The position numbers and the translations under genes were made by a program. Below the pieces are notes generated by a model. The model was not told where the DNA came from and ran no database searches. It saw only the letters and a program-made list of their open reading frames with translations. This document shows positions 37,157 through 44,510 of a stretch of 44,510 bases of DNA, one piece after another; the stretch's first letter is position 1; each line of letters begins with the position of its first letter. The DNA is from Enterobacteria phage mEp460: sequence record NC_019716.1, one strand, 5' to 3'.

Positions 37157-37966
37157 ATGAATAATCTGATGGTCATTGATGGTATTGAAGTTCGTCGTGA
37201 TGCTTATGGGCGTTACAGCCTGAACGATCTGCATCGCGCAGCAGTAGCATCTGGTGCAAATGCCAGAACCAAGGAGCCGGGAAAGTTTCTTTCCAGCCAA
37301 CAAACTGTTGAGCTTGTTCATGAATTGACCAACACCCAGAATTTGGGTGTTGACCCGGTGAGTGTGATTCATGGGGGAAATGAACGGGGAACGTATGTCT
37401 GCAAGGAACTGGTGTATGCCTATGCAATGTGGATCAGCCCGTCATTCCATCTGAAGGTGATCCGTACTTTCGATATGGTAACCAGCGCACCGGAAAAATT
37501 ATCCGGACAGGCTGCTGACAAGATGCAGGCTGGCGTGATCCTGCTGGACTTTATGCGCCGGGAGTTAAACCTGTCTAACTCTTCAGTGCTTGGTGCCTGT
37601 CAGAAACTCCAGGAGGCTGTTGGCTTACCGAATCTGGCACCGCGCTATGCCATTGATGCTCCTGCTGATGCACACGATGGCTCAAGTCGCCCGACACTGT
37701 CACTGAGTGCACTGCTGAAACAGTATGGTATACGCCTGACAGCTAATCAGGCATATCACCAGATGGTGAAACTGGGGATCGTCGAGCAGCGCGAACGATA
37801 CAGCCGTACCGCGATTAACAACATCAAAAAATTCTGGTCGCTGACAGCGAAAGGTTGCATGTTCGGCAAGAACATCACCAGTCCCGCAAATCCGCGCGAG
37901 ACGCAGCCGCATTTCTTCGAATCCCGATTCCCTGAGCTGTTAAAGCTGCTCGATACCGTTCATTGA
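37157..37966 (+). CDS. KilA-N domain protein (antirepressor-like)
   Basis: N-terminal KilA-N pattern (IDGIEVRRDAYGRYSLNDLHRAA...GTYVCKELVYAYAMWISPSFHLKVIRTFD); start at ATG 37157. Confidence 0.6.
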   Translation: MNNLMVIDGIEVRRDAYGRYSLNDLHRAAVASGANARTKEPGKFLSSQQTVELVHELTNTQNLGVDPVSVIHGGNERGTYVCKELVYAYAMWISPSFHLKVIRTFDMVTSAPEKLSGQAADKMQAGVILLDFMRRELNLSNSSVLGACQKLQEAVGLPNLAPRYAIDAPADAHDGSSRPTLSLSALLKQYGIRLTANQAYHQMVKLGIVEQRERYSRTAINNIKKFWSLTAKGCMFGKNITSPANPRETQPHFFESRFPELLKLLDTVH

Positions 37967-37967
37967 G

Positions 37968-38963
37968 GTGACCGTGAGAGCACTACTGACCCCTGAAATT
38001 GCCCCGCGTATGGGGATCGTATTGTTCAGGCCAGGTTCAGAGCTGATGCCCCTGTTTATGCAGGGGCGTGTCCTGCTGGAGCCTGAGCCGGAGCGTTATT
38101 CATCTTTCGCCAGTGGTGCCGTTCCGGCGGCATCACAACCGCTGGCGGATGATCCTGCCGTTCGGGCCGTGTTCCGCAATGAGGCAGTGATCCGTCGTGC
38201 TGGTGGCGTGGAATGTCTTGAAAGCTGGTTACTTCGTGAAAAAGGCTGCCAGTGGCCTCATTCCGACTGGCACAGCGAGAACATGACCACAATGCGACAC
38301 GCTCCGGGTGCAATCCGTCTGTGCTGGCACTGCGATAACCAGCTGCGCGATCAGTTCACGGAACGGCTGGAATCAATGGCAACGGATAACTGTGCCCGCT
38401 GGGTGTTGTCTGTTGTGCGTCGGGATCTCGGTTTTGATGACAGTCACGTTGTGACAATGCCTGAACTGTGCTGGTGGCTGATTCGTAATGATCTGGCGGA
38501 TGCCTTACCGGAAAGTGCAGCCCGTAAGGCACTGAGATTACCGAAGCCTGTTGTGCCGTCTGTTACCCGGGAAAGTGACCTTGTGCCTTCGGTTCCTGCC
38601 ACCAGCATCATCCAGGATAAGGCGAAAAAGGTGCTGGCGCTGAAAGTGGATCCGGAGTCGCCGGAGTCTTTTATGTTACGCCCAAAACGTCGCCGCTGGG
38701 TTAATGAAAAGTACACGCGCTGGGTTAAGACACAGCCGTGTGCATGTTGTGGAAAGCCCGCTGATGATCCCCACCACCTGATAGGTCACGGTCAGGGTGG
38801 AATGGGAACAAAAGCGCATGACCTTTTTGTGTTGCCTTTGTGCAGAAAGCATCACGACGAGCTGCATGCGGATACCGTGGCATTTGAAGAGAAGTATGGC
38901 TCCCAGCTGGAGCTGATATTTCGTTTTATCGATCGTGCGCTGGCAATTGGCGTATTGGCGTAA
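37968..38963 (+). CDS. DUF968-type protein with C-terminal HNH/Zn-finger-like motif
   Basis: 331 aa (GTG start in track); C-terminal CACCGKPADDPHHL.GHG.GGMGTKAHD...PLCRKHHDELH cluster. Confidence 0.5.
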   Translation: MTVRALLTPEIAPRMGIVLFRPGSELMPLFMQGRVLLEPEPERYSSFASGAVPAASQPLADDPAVRAVFRNEAVIRRAGGVECLESWLLREKGCQWPHSDWHSENMTTMRHAPGAIRLCWHCDNQLRDQFTERLESMATDNCARWVLSVVRRDLGFDDSHVVTMPELCWWLIRNDLADALPESAARKALRLPKPVVPSVTRESDLVPSVPATSIIQDKAKKVLALKVDPESPESFMLRPKRRRWVNEKYTRWVKTQPCACCGKPADDPHHLIGHGQGGMGTKAHDLFVLPLCRKHHDELHADTVAFEEKYGSQLELIFRFIDRALAIGVLA

Positions 38964-38976
38964 GTGGAGAACGAGC

Positions 38977-39729
38977 ATGAACCTTGAAGCCTTACCAAAA
39001 TATTACTCCCCAAAATCTCCAAAATTGAGCGATGACGCACCGGCGACAGGCTCAGGTGGTTTAACGATTACGGATGTGATGGCTGCGCAGGGGATGGTGC
39101 AGTCGAAAGCACCGCTTGGGTTTGCCTTATTCCTGGCAAAAGTTGGTGTTCAGGATCCTCAATTTGCGATTGAAGGTCTGCTCAATTACGCGATGGCACT
39201 GGATAACCCGACATTGAACAAATTGAGTGAAGAAACCCGGTTACAGATCATCCCTTACCTTGTGAATTTTGCCTTTGCTGATTATTCCAGGTCTGCGGCA
39301 AGTAAGGCTCGCTGTGAGCATTGTGCTGGTACTGGATTTCATAATGTATTGCGCGAAGTGGTGAAACACTCCAGAAGCGGGGAATCTGTTATCAAGGAAG
39401 AGTGGGTGAAGGAACTATGTCAGCATTGTCATGGTAAGGGAGAAGTCAGCACAGCGTGCAGAGGGTGTAAGGGTAAAGGTATTGTCCTGGATGAAAAAAG
39501 GACCCGGCTTCATGGCACGCCTGTTTATAAGATTTGTGGGCGTTGCAATGGAAACCGGTTTAGCCGTTTACCAACCACACTGGCGCGGCATCATGTCCAG
39601 AAGCTGGTACCAGACCTGACGGATTATCAGTGGTACAAAGGATATGCAGATGTCATTGATAAACTGGTTACAAAGTGCTGGCAGGAAGAAGCATATGCAG
39701 AGATACAATTGAGAAAGGTGACAAGATAA
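38977..39729 (+). CDS. Late antitermination protein Q
   Basis: About 250 aa with Cys-rich Zn-binding segment (CEHCAGTG...CQHCHGKGE...CRGCKGKG...CGRCNG); followed by promoter and terminator. Confidence 0.75.
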   Translation: MNLEALPKYYSPKSPKLSDDAPATGSGGLTITDVMAAQGMVQSKAPLGFALFLAKVGVQDPQFAIEGLLNYAMALDNPTLNKLSEETRLQIIPYLVNFAFADYSRSAASKARCEHCAGTGFHNVLREVVKHSRSGESVIKEEWVKELCQHCHGKGEVSTACRGCKGKGIVLDEKRTRLHGTPVYKICGRCNGNRFSRLPTTLARHHVQKLVPDLTDYQWYKGYADVIDKLVTKCWQEEAYAEIQLRKVTR

Positions 39730-39760
39730 ATGGTTTTCGCCGAAGATGACGACATGATGC

Positions 39761-39789
39761 TTGCATTTTTCAAAAAATATGGATAAGAT
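39761..39789 (+). promoter_or_regulatory. Putative late promoter pR' (TTGCAT-17-TAAGAT)
   Basis: Sigma70-like hexamers with 17-bp spacer, 30 bp after Q stop and about 50 nt before a terminator. Confidence 0.45.
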
Positions 39790-39835
39790 TTTCCCAACGA
39801 TGGGCTTTGTATGTCTACCGTTGATAAGATTTAAG

Positions 39836-39860
39836 AACCCGCCCCTGAGCGGGTTTTTTT
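39836..39860 (+). terminator. tR'-like intrinsic terminator
   Basis: AACCCGCCCC-TGAG-CGGGTTTTTTT. Confidence 0.65.
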
Positions 39861-40009
39861 GTGCCTGATGTCTCATGAAACTATGAAATGGATTGGTGCG
39901 TTAAACATTTTTTCTTATTATCTTTTAGATTTTGGAGAGATGGTTAACGTCTGTATTCCAGAAACTCGATGATTATTTAATAAATTAGTTTCAATGATGC
40001 TTCTAGGTT

Positions 40010-40435
40010 ATGACTGTAATGAAAAAGGTATTAATAGCAGCGATAGGTTTTTGTTTAGTTGGTTGTGCAGGTATGAAATTACCTGAGTATTCGCAAGTTA
40101 AAGCAAGTCCGTATTATACAGATTGCCGTGCGTTTGCCATGGATGTTTATAAAAATGATGGATACAGCAAAATTGCGAAAACTACTATCCTTAGCATGGA
40201 TGATGTGAAGGCTAGATATATTGTGACAGGGTGTGTAGTTGCTATGGGGAAAAACACTGTAGAGGAAATCAAAGCTGATCTCTCTGCTAAAGGGAGTTCT
40301 TTTGGGCTTATCAGTGGAGCTTGTTCTAGTGCGGCATGTCGGGTTGATGTAGAGCAGCAAATGAACGCTTATGTACTTGGTAGTTATTATGCTGCAAATA
40401 AAAAATTCCCGGATAAAATGAAAGCAGAGTTTTAA
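40010..40435 (+). CDS. Lipoprotein moron (signal peptide plus LVGC lipobox), function unknown
   Basis: 141 aa; N-terminal hydrophobic stretch ending in LVGC; six further Cys; AT-rich codons; between tR' and a second terminator. Confidence 0.6.
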   Translation: MTVMKKVLIAAIGFCLVGCAGMKLPEYSQVKASPYYTDCRAFAMDVYKNDGYSKIAKTTILSMDDVKARYIVTGCVVAMGKNTVEEIKADLSAKGSSFGLISGACSSAACRVDVEQQMNAYVLGSYYAANKKFPDKMKAEF

Positions 40436-40512
40436 GTAAACCTTGTTTTCGATTATATGTCGAAGATAAATGTTAGTAACGGCATAATAAGTAAATATAT
40501 AGCTGTAATAGC

Positions 40513-40537
40513 AACCCGCCACTGAGCGGGTTTTTTG
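40513..40537 (+). terminator. Intrinsic terminator, near-identical copy of tR'
   Basis: AACCCGCCACTGAGCGGGTTTTTTGTACCTG versus AACCCGCCCCTGAGCGGGTTTTTTTGTGCCTG at 39836. Confidence 0.65.
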
Positions 40538-40634
40538 TACCTGTAAACTTGGTGCAGTACAGTAAACACGCTGGTGGTCGTGAATACTGACTTTTTATCT
40601 TGCTGGCTTTTTAGACAAGAGTTATTGGTATGTC

Positions 40635-40862
40635 ATGTTAACCAGAAGGGAAAAAGACATGCTAAAACAGCAAGATATGACAGAAACCGCCGCCGCAGTC
40701 CTTCATTTCTTACCTGCTGACAAGTGGGTAACGCCACGCATGATGACGAGAACTACCGGAGTAAGCGAAGCCCGGTGCCAGTTAATACTGACTCAGTTAG
40801 TTCTGGCGGGTCTGGCGAAGGATAACGGCGGGTACGGGAATAAATTCAGACGCTGCCAGTAA
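40635..40862 (+). CDS. Small hypothetical protein, possibly winged-helix
   Basis: 75-aa ORF (possible start ATG 40659) upstream of the methyltransferase gene. Confidence 0.35.
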   Translation: MLTRREKDMLKQQDMTETAAAVLHFLPADKWVTPRMMTRTTGVSEARCQLILTQLVLAGLAKDNGGYGNKFRRCQ

Positions 40863-41012
40863 TGGCGGTTTCCTGCTGTGAAAATGGGCGGCTGGTGGGT
40901 GTTGGTAGCACCTGCCAGCCATTCGCTCATGCTTACTGGTCACAAGCGAACCACGGCCCACTGCTTTAGCGCAAAAGCAGAGTGAGCCTACCAGAGTTAC
41001 GCTTACTGATCC

Positions 41013-42065
41013 ATGAAAAATACTGTAAAAATAAACAGTGCTGATTTAATCAACGCTGATTGCCTGCATTTTATTCAGTCCCTGCCTGATGATTCCATTG
41101 ACCTGATTGTTACCGATCCGCCGTACTTCAAGGTGAAACCCAACGGCTGGGACAATCAGTGGAAAGGGGACGAAGATTACCTTAAGTGGCTGGACCACTG
41201 TCTGGCCCAGTTCTGGCGGGTGTTAAAACCTGCCGGAAGCCTTTACCTGTTCTGTGGGCATCGCCTGGCATCTGATATTGAGATCATGATGCGTGAACGT
41301 TTCAACGTGCTTAACCATATCATCTGGGCGAAGCCGTCCGGACGTTGGAATGGGTGTAATAAAGAAAGTCTGCGCGCATATTTTCCTGCCACAGAGCGCG
41401 TTCTGTTTGCTGAACATTACCAGGGGCCATATCGTGGCAAAAGTGACGGCTATGCGGCAAAAGAAAGGGAACTCAAACAGCACATAATGGCACCGCTGAT
41501 ATCGTATTTCAGGGATGCTCGTGCCGAACTGGGTATAACGGCAAAACAAATTGCCGAAGCCACAGGTAAGAAAAATATGGTTTCCCACTGGTTTGGTGCC
41601 AGTCAGTGGCAGTTGCCGAATGAGGCTGACTATCGGAAGTTACAGGCACTGTTTTCCCGTATAGCGGCAGAGAAGTTTCAGGAACAACAACTGGAACAAC
41701 CACACCACCAGCTGGTGGCATCTTATGATTCACTGAATCGCAAATATTCTGAATTGCTGGATGAGTTTAAATCTCTCCGGCGCTATTTCTCCGTATCAGT
41801 CTCCGTGCCTTATACCGATGTCTGGATGCATAAACCCGTTCAGTTCTACCCGGGTAAACATCCGTGTGAGAAACCGGCGGATATGCTCAGGCAAATAATC
41901 AATGCCAGTAGTCGACCCGGTGATCTGGTTGCTGATTTTTTTATGGGATCCGGTTCCACAATAAAAGCAGCAATGGCGCTGGGGCGTCGGGCCTTAGGTG
42001 TTGAGCTTGAGTCAGAGCGGTTTAACCAGACAGTGAAAGAGATAAACGAGCTGGTGGGGAAATAA
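41013..42065 (+). CDS. Beta-class DNA methyltransferase (N6-adenine or N4-cytosine), orphan
   Basis: DPPY catalytic motif N-terminal (LIVTDPPYF), AdoMet motif C-terminal (DFFMGSGST); no partner restriction gene. Confidence 0.85.
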
Positions 42066-42132
42066 TCTGGTGGCCACGTCAGGTGGCCTTTTTATTTCCA
42101 TTACACAGCACCCGCATCTGCGAGGTGGGGTT

Positions 42133-42348
42133 ATGAAATCCATGGATAAGTTAACAACGGGTGTCGCCTATGGCACCTCAGCAGGTAGTGCCGGGTACTG
42201 GTTTTTACAGTTGCTCGATAAAGTCACGCCCTCACAGTGGGCGGCAATAGGTGTGCTGGGTAGTCTGGTATTTGGCCTGCTGACGTACCTGACAAACCTT
42301 TATTTCAAGATTAAAGAAGACAAGCGTAAGGCTGCACGGGGAGAGTAA
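42133..42348 (+). CDS. Class II holin, phage 21 S-like pinholin with dual-start motif
   Basis: [26 protein letters not shown]... with two TMDs and charged C-terminus; GAGGTGG SD; M1/M4 dual start. Confidence 0.75.
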
Positions 42349-42352
42349 TTCA

Positions 42353-42667
42353 ATGACTCAAAACTATGAACTGATTGTGAAAGGGATCCGCAATTTTGAG
42401 AATAAAGTTACGGTAACTTTAGCGTTACGGGACAAAAACCGCTTTGACGGTGAAATTTTTGACCTGGACATCTCGCTGGACCGTGTTGAAGGTGCCGCGC
42501 TGGAGTTTTATGAGGCAGCAGCCAGAAGGAGCATCAGACAGGTCTTCCTGGATGTTGCTGCCGGGTTATGTGAAGGGGACGAGCTGTTGCCAGAAACGCG
42601 CCCCTGTTCAGAGGCGCGGTATACCATAAAAATTAACAGTTCTGATAACTCGATTACGGGTTGTTAG
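42353..42667 (+). CDS. Hypothetical protein inserted between holin and endolysin
   Basis: 104-aa ORF, no TM segments, acidic; function unknown. Confidence 0.45.
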   Translation: MTQNYELIVKGIRNFENKVTVTLALRDKNRFDGEIFDLDISLDRVEGAALEFYEAAARRSIRQVFLDVAAGLCEGDELLPETRPCSEARYTIKINSSDNSITGC

Positions 42668-42722
42668 CTTTTTGCAGTTGGCTTTCCAGTATCTTTCATT
42701 GGTAGCATCCTGATAAATATCC

Positions 42723-43256
42723 ATGAGCGCAAAAATCAAATACGGCCTGTCAGCTGCTGTTCTGGCGCTGATTGCTGCAGGCGCGTCTGCTCCTCAAATC
42801 CTTGACCAGTTTCTTGATGAAAAAGAGGGTAACCACACTACGGCATACCGCGATGGTTCCGGTATATGGACCATCTGTCGTGGTGCCACAATGGTGGATG
42901 GTAAGCCCGTCATACCGGGAATGAAGCTGTCGAAGGAAAAATGCGACCAGGTTAACGCTATTGAACGTGATAAGGCGCTGGCATGGGTGGAGCGCAATAT
43001 TAAAGTACCACTGACCGAACCACAGAAAGCGGGTATAGCGTCATTTTGTCCCTATAACATTGGCCCCGGTAAGTGTTTCCCGTCGACGTTTTATAAGCGG
43101 CTGAATGCCGGTGATCGTAAGGGTGCATGTGAGGCGATTCGCTGGTGGATAAAAGATGGTGGGCGCGATTGCCGCATACGTTCAAATAACTGCTATGGAC
43201 AGGTTATTCGTCGTGACCAGGAAAGCGCATTAGCCTGTTGGGGGATAGATGAGTGA
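42723..43256 (+). CDS. SAR endolysin (T4-lysozyme-like muramidase with N-terminal signal-anchor-release domain)
   Basis: N-terminal weakly hydrophobic Ala/Gly-rich segment, then E-8aa-D-5aa-T catalytic triad ([18 protein letters not shown]). Confidence 0.85.
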   Translation: MSAKIKYGLSAAVLALIAAGASAPQILDQFLDEKEGNHTTAYRDGSGIWTICRGATMVDGKPVIPGMKLSKEKCDQVNAIERDKALAWVERNIKVPLTEPQKAGIASFCPYNIGPGKCFPSTFYKRLNAGDRKGACEAIRWWIKDGGRDCRIRSNNCYGQVIRRDQESALACWGIDE

Positions 43257-43720
43257 GCAGAGTCGCCGCGATTATTTATGCTCTGGTTATCTGCATCATC
43301 GTCTGCCTGTCGTGGGCGGTCAATCATTACCGTGATAACGCCATCGCCTACAAAGAACAGCGTGATAAAAAAGTCAGTGAGCTGAAGCAGGCGACCGCCA
43401 CCATTACTGACATGCAGCAACGCCAGCGTGCTGCTGATGTACTCGATGCTAAATACACGAAGGAGTTGGCTGATGCGAAAGCTGAAAATGATGCTCTTCG
43501 GCGCAAGCTTGATAATGGTGGTCGGGTGCTCGTCAAAGGAAAATGCTCTGTGCCATCCTCAGCCGAAACCTCCAGCGCCTCCGGCATGGGCAATGATGCC
43601 ACCGTCGAACTCTCTCCAGTTGCTGGACGAAACGTTCTCGGTATCCGGGACGGAATCATCAGAGACCAGACAGCACTGAGAACGCTTCAGGAATATATCA
43701 GGACGCAATGCCTTCGATGA
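43253..43720 (+). CDS. Rz i-spanin
   Basis: 155 aa, N-terminal TMD, coiled-coil periplasmic region; ATGA overlap with endolysin. Confidence 0.75.
   Translation: MSRVAAIIYALVICIIVCLSWAVNHYRDNAIAYKEQRDKKVSELKQATATITDMQQRQRAADVLDAKYTKELADAKAENDALRRKLDNGGRVLVKGKCSVPSSAETSSASGMGNDATVELSPVAGRNVLGIRDGIIRDQTALRTLQEYIRTQCLR
43473..43679 (+). CDS. Rz1 o-spanin lipoprotein, embedded in +1 frame of Rz
   Basis: [21 protein letters not shown] lipobox followed by Pro-rich stretch (PQPKPPAPP), entirely within Rz. Confidence 0.65.
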   Translation: MRKLKMMLFGASLIMVVGCSSKENALCHPQPKPPAPPAWAMMPPSNSLQLLDETFSVSGTESSETRQH

Positions 43721-43860
43721 TAGCGATAATTTTACTCATCATCCTTCACATTTGGCTCTGTAGACAGGGTGGTGATCACTTCTGGAGTGAATCCAGATTA
43801 AATATCTCATTGCTGATGCTTGATATTGAGCATCTTGCGCGCGGTAAGGGGCTGCGTTGA
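43717..43860 (+). CDS. Putative small membrane protein (47 aa), not in ORF track
   Basis: ATG overlaps Rz stop (ATGA); hydrophobic N-terminus [14 protein letters not shown]; speculative. Confidence 0.2.
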   Translation: MIAIILLIILHIWLCRQGGDHFWSESRLNISLLMLDIEHLARGKGLR

Positions 43861-43894
43861 GATAAGAGCCAGTCATTACAAATACCAGGATTTA

Positions 43895-43917
43895 GCCTCG
43901 CATTCGCGGGGCTTTTT
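43895..43917 (+). terminator. Intrinsic terminator downstream of lysis cassette
   Basis: GCCTCGC-ATT-CGCGGGGC hairpin followed by TTTTT. Confidence 0.45.
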
Positions 43918-44001
43918 ATTGCCATTACAAAAGCCACTCCCTACAGAGTGGCTTTGATAATGGCTTATACCCTACACGGGATAGCTTAACTGATATCCCT
44001 T

Positions 44002-44217
44002 TTAACGGATAAAGGTATTCAAGCCTGACACATCATGCGCTGTATCGTCGCCGTATTCCCGTATTAACAGAGACCGTAGCCCGACGGGGAACTCCTTCTG
44101 CGCGAGTGTGCGGGAATAATCAAAAACGATGCACGCCGGGTTTTTACCGCGTTTATGGTTCGCGGGTTTGTCCCTCATGCTCGCCAGTCCTGTGCGGGGG
44201 TGGAAGAAACAGGACAC
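44002..44217 (-). CDS. Hypothetical ORF
   Basis: 71-aa ORF, only candidate in the right-end region; hairpin downstream on its strand; weak. Confidence 0.2.
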   Translation of the reverse strand: MSCFFHPRTGLASMRDKPANHKRGKNPACIVFDYSRTLAQKEFPVGLRSLLIREYGDDTAHDVSGLNTFIR

Positions 44218-44510
44218 TTACACAGATTCTTGTGGGCACGATGCTATGCCTTTCTGGATTATCCCGATGCCATTCATGCAAGGCGTTGTATCAGACGTTC
44301 GTCAGAGCTGTCAGGCTGACGGGTCCTCCCGGTGGGGTGGCCTGCCACGGGGCGGGAGCGGCGCGGAAAAAGGCTAGTTTTTGAAATTTCATTCGTCATC
44401 ACCACTACTGTAATATATTGATATTACGGTGATTTTATTTTTATGGTGTCGATTTTGATTGTTTTTTGTTCGCCACTAACACCGTTTGCCTAAAGTTGTT
44501 CGCAAGATGC

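Noticed and set aside
44106-44384. Two overlapping plus-strand ORFs (92 and 82 aa) near the right end
   Set aside because: Cys/Gly/Arg-rich translations overlapping each other and the minus-strand ORF; likely chance frames.
1-44510. tRNA genes, CRISPR arrays, IS elements or transposases
   Set aside because: No tRNA-like T-arm motif, no regularly spaced repeat-spacer array and no transposase-like ORF seen on manual inspection; the only repeat tracts are coding (stf, replication gene) or duplicated terminators.

Overview
The window reads as a complete, or nearly complete, lambdoid siphophage genome, apparently permuted to begin at the small-terminase ATG; no flanking host genes are visible. 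All calls are from reading the sequence and the ORF track by eye, with no database searches run. Layout: packaging and head genes (1-6988, including a fused ClpP-like protease/capsid gene), a lambda-like tail module Z-U-V-G/T-H-M-L-K-I-J (7000-18357), lom, and a 1200-aa side tail fibre with an Ala/Ser-rich repeat tract and a C-terminal self-cleaving chaperone domain, followed by an in-frame tfa remnant. Then a minus-strand dinI-like gene with tandem SOS boxes and a tyrosine integrase, a plus-strand low-GC moron (GNAT-fold ORF plus a 57-aa ORF), and a minus-strand early-left operon ending at a CI repressor. The early-right arm runs cro, YdaT/CII-like, rha, a replication initiator with internal iteron-like repeats, a Dam-like methyltransferase, a LexA DNA-binding-domain-only homolog, rusA, KilA-N, DUF968 and Q. 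After a pR'-like promoter and terminator comes an AT-rich lipoprotein moron flanked by two near-identical terminators, a second orphan methyltransferase, and a pinholin / SAR-endolysin / Rz-Rz1 lysis cassette interrupted by an unknown ORF. No N-like antiterminator, tRNA, CRISPR array or IS element was found. The best candidates for undescribed biology are the int-proximal GNAT cassette, the LexA-domain-only protein together with the tandem SOS boxes, the late-operon lipoprotein moron, and the extra ORF inside the lysis cassette.
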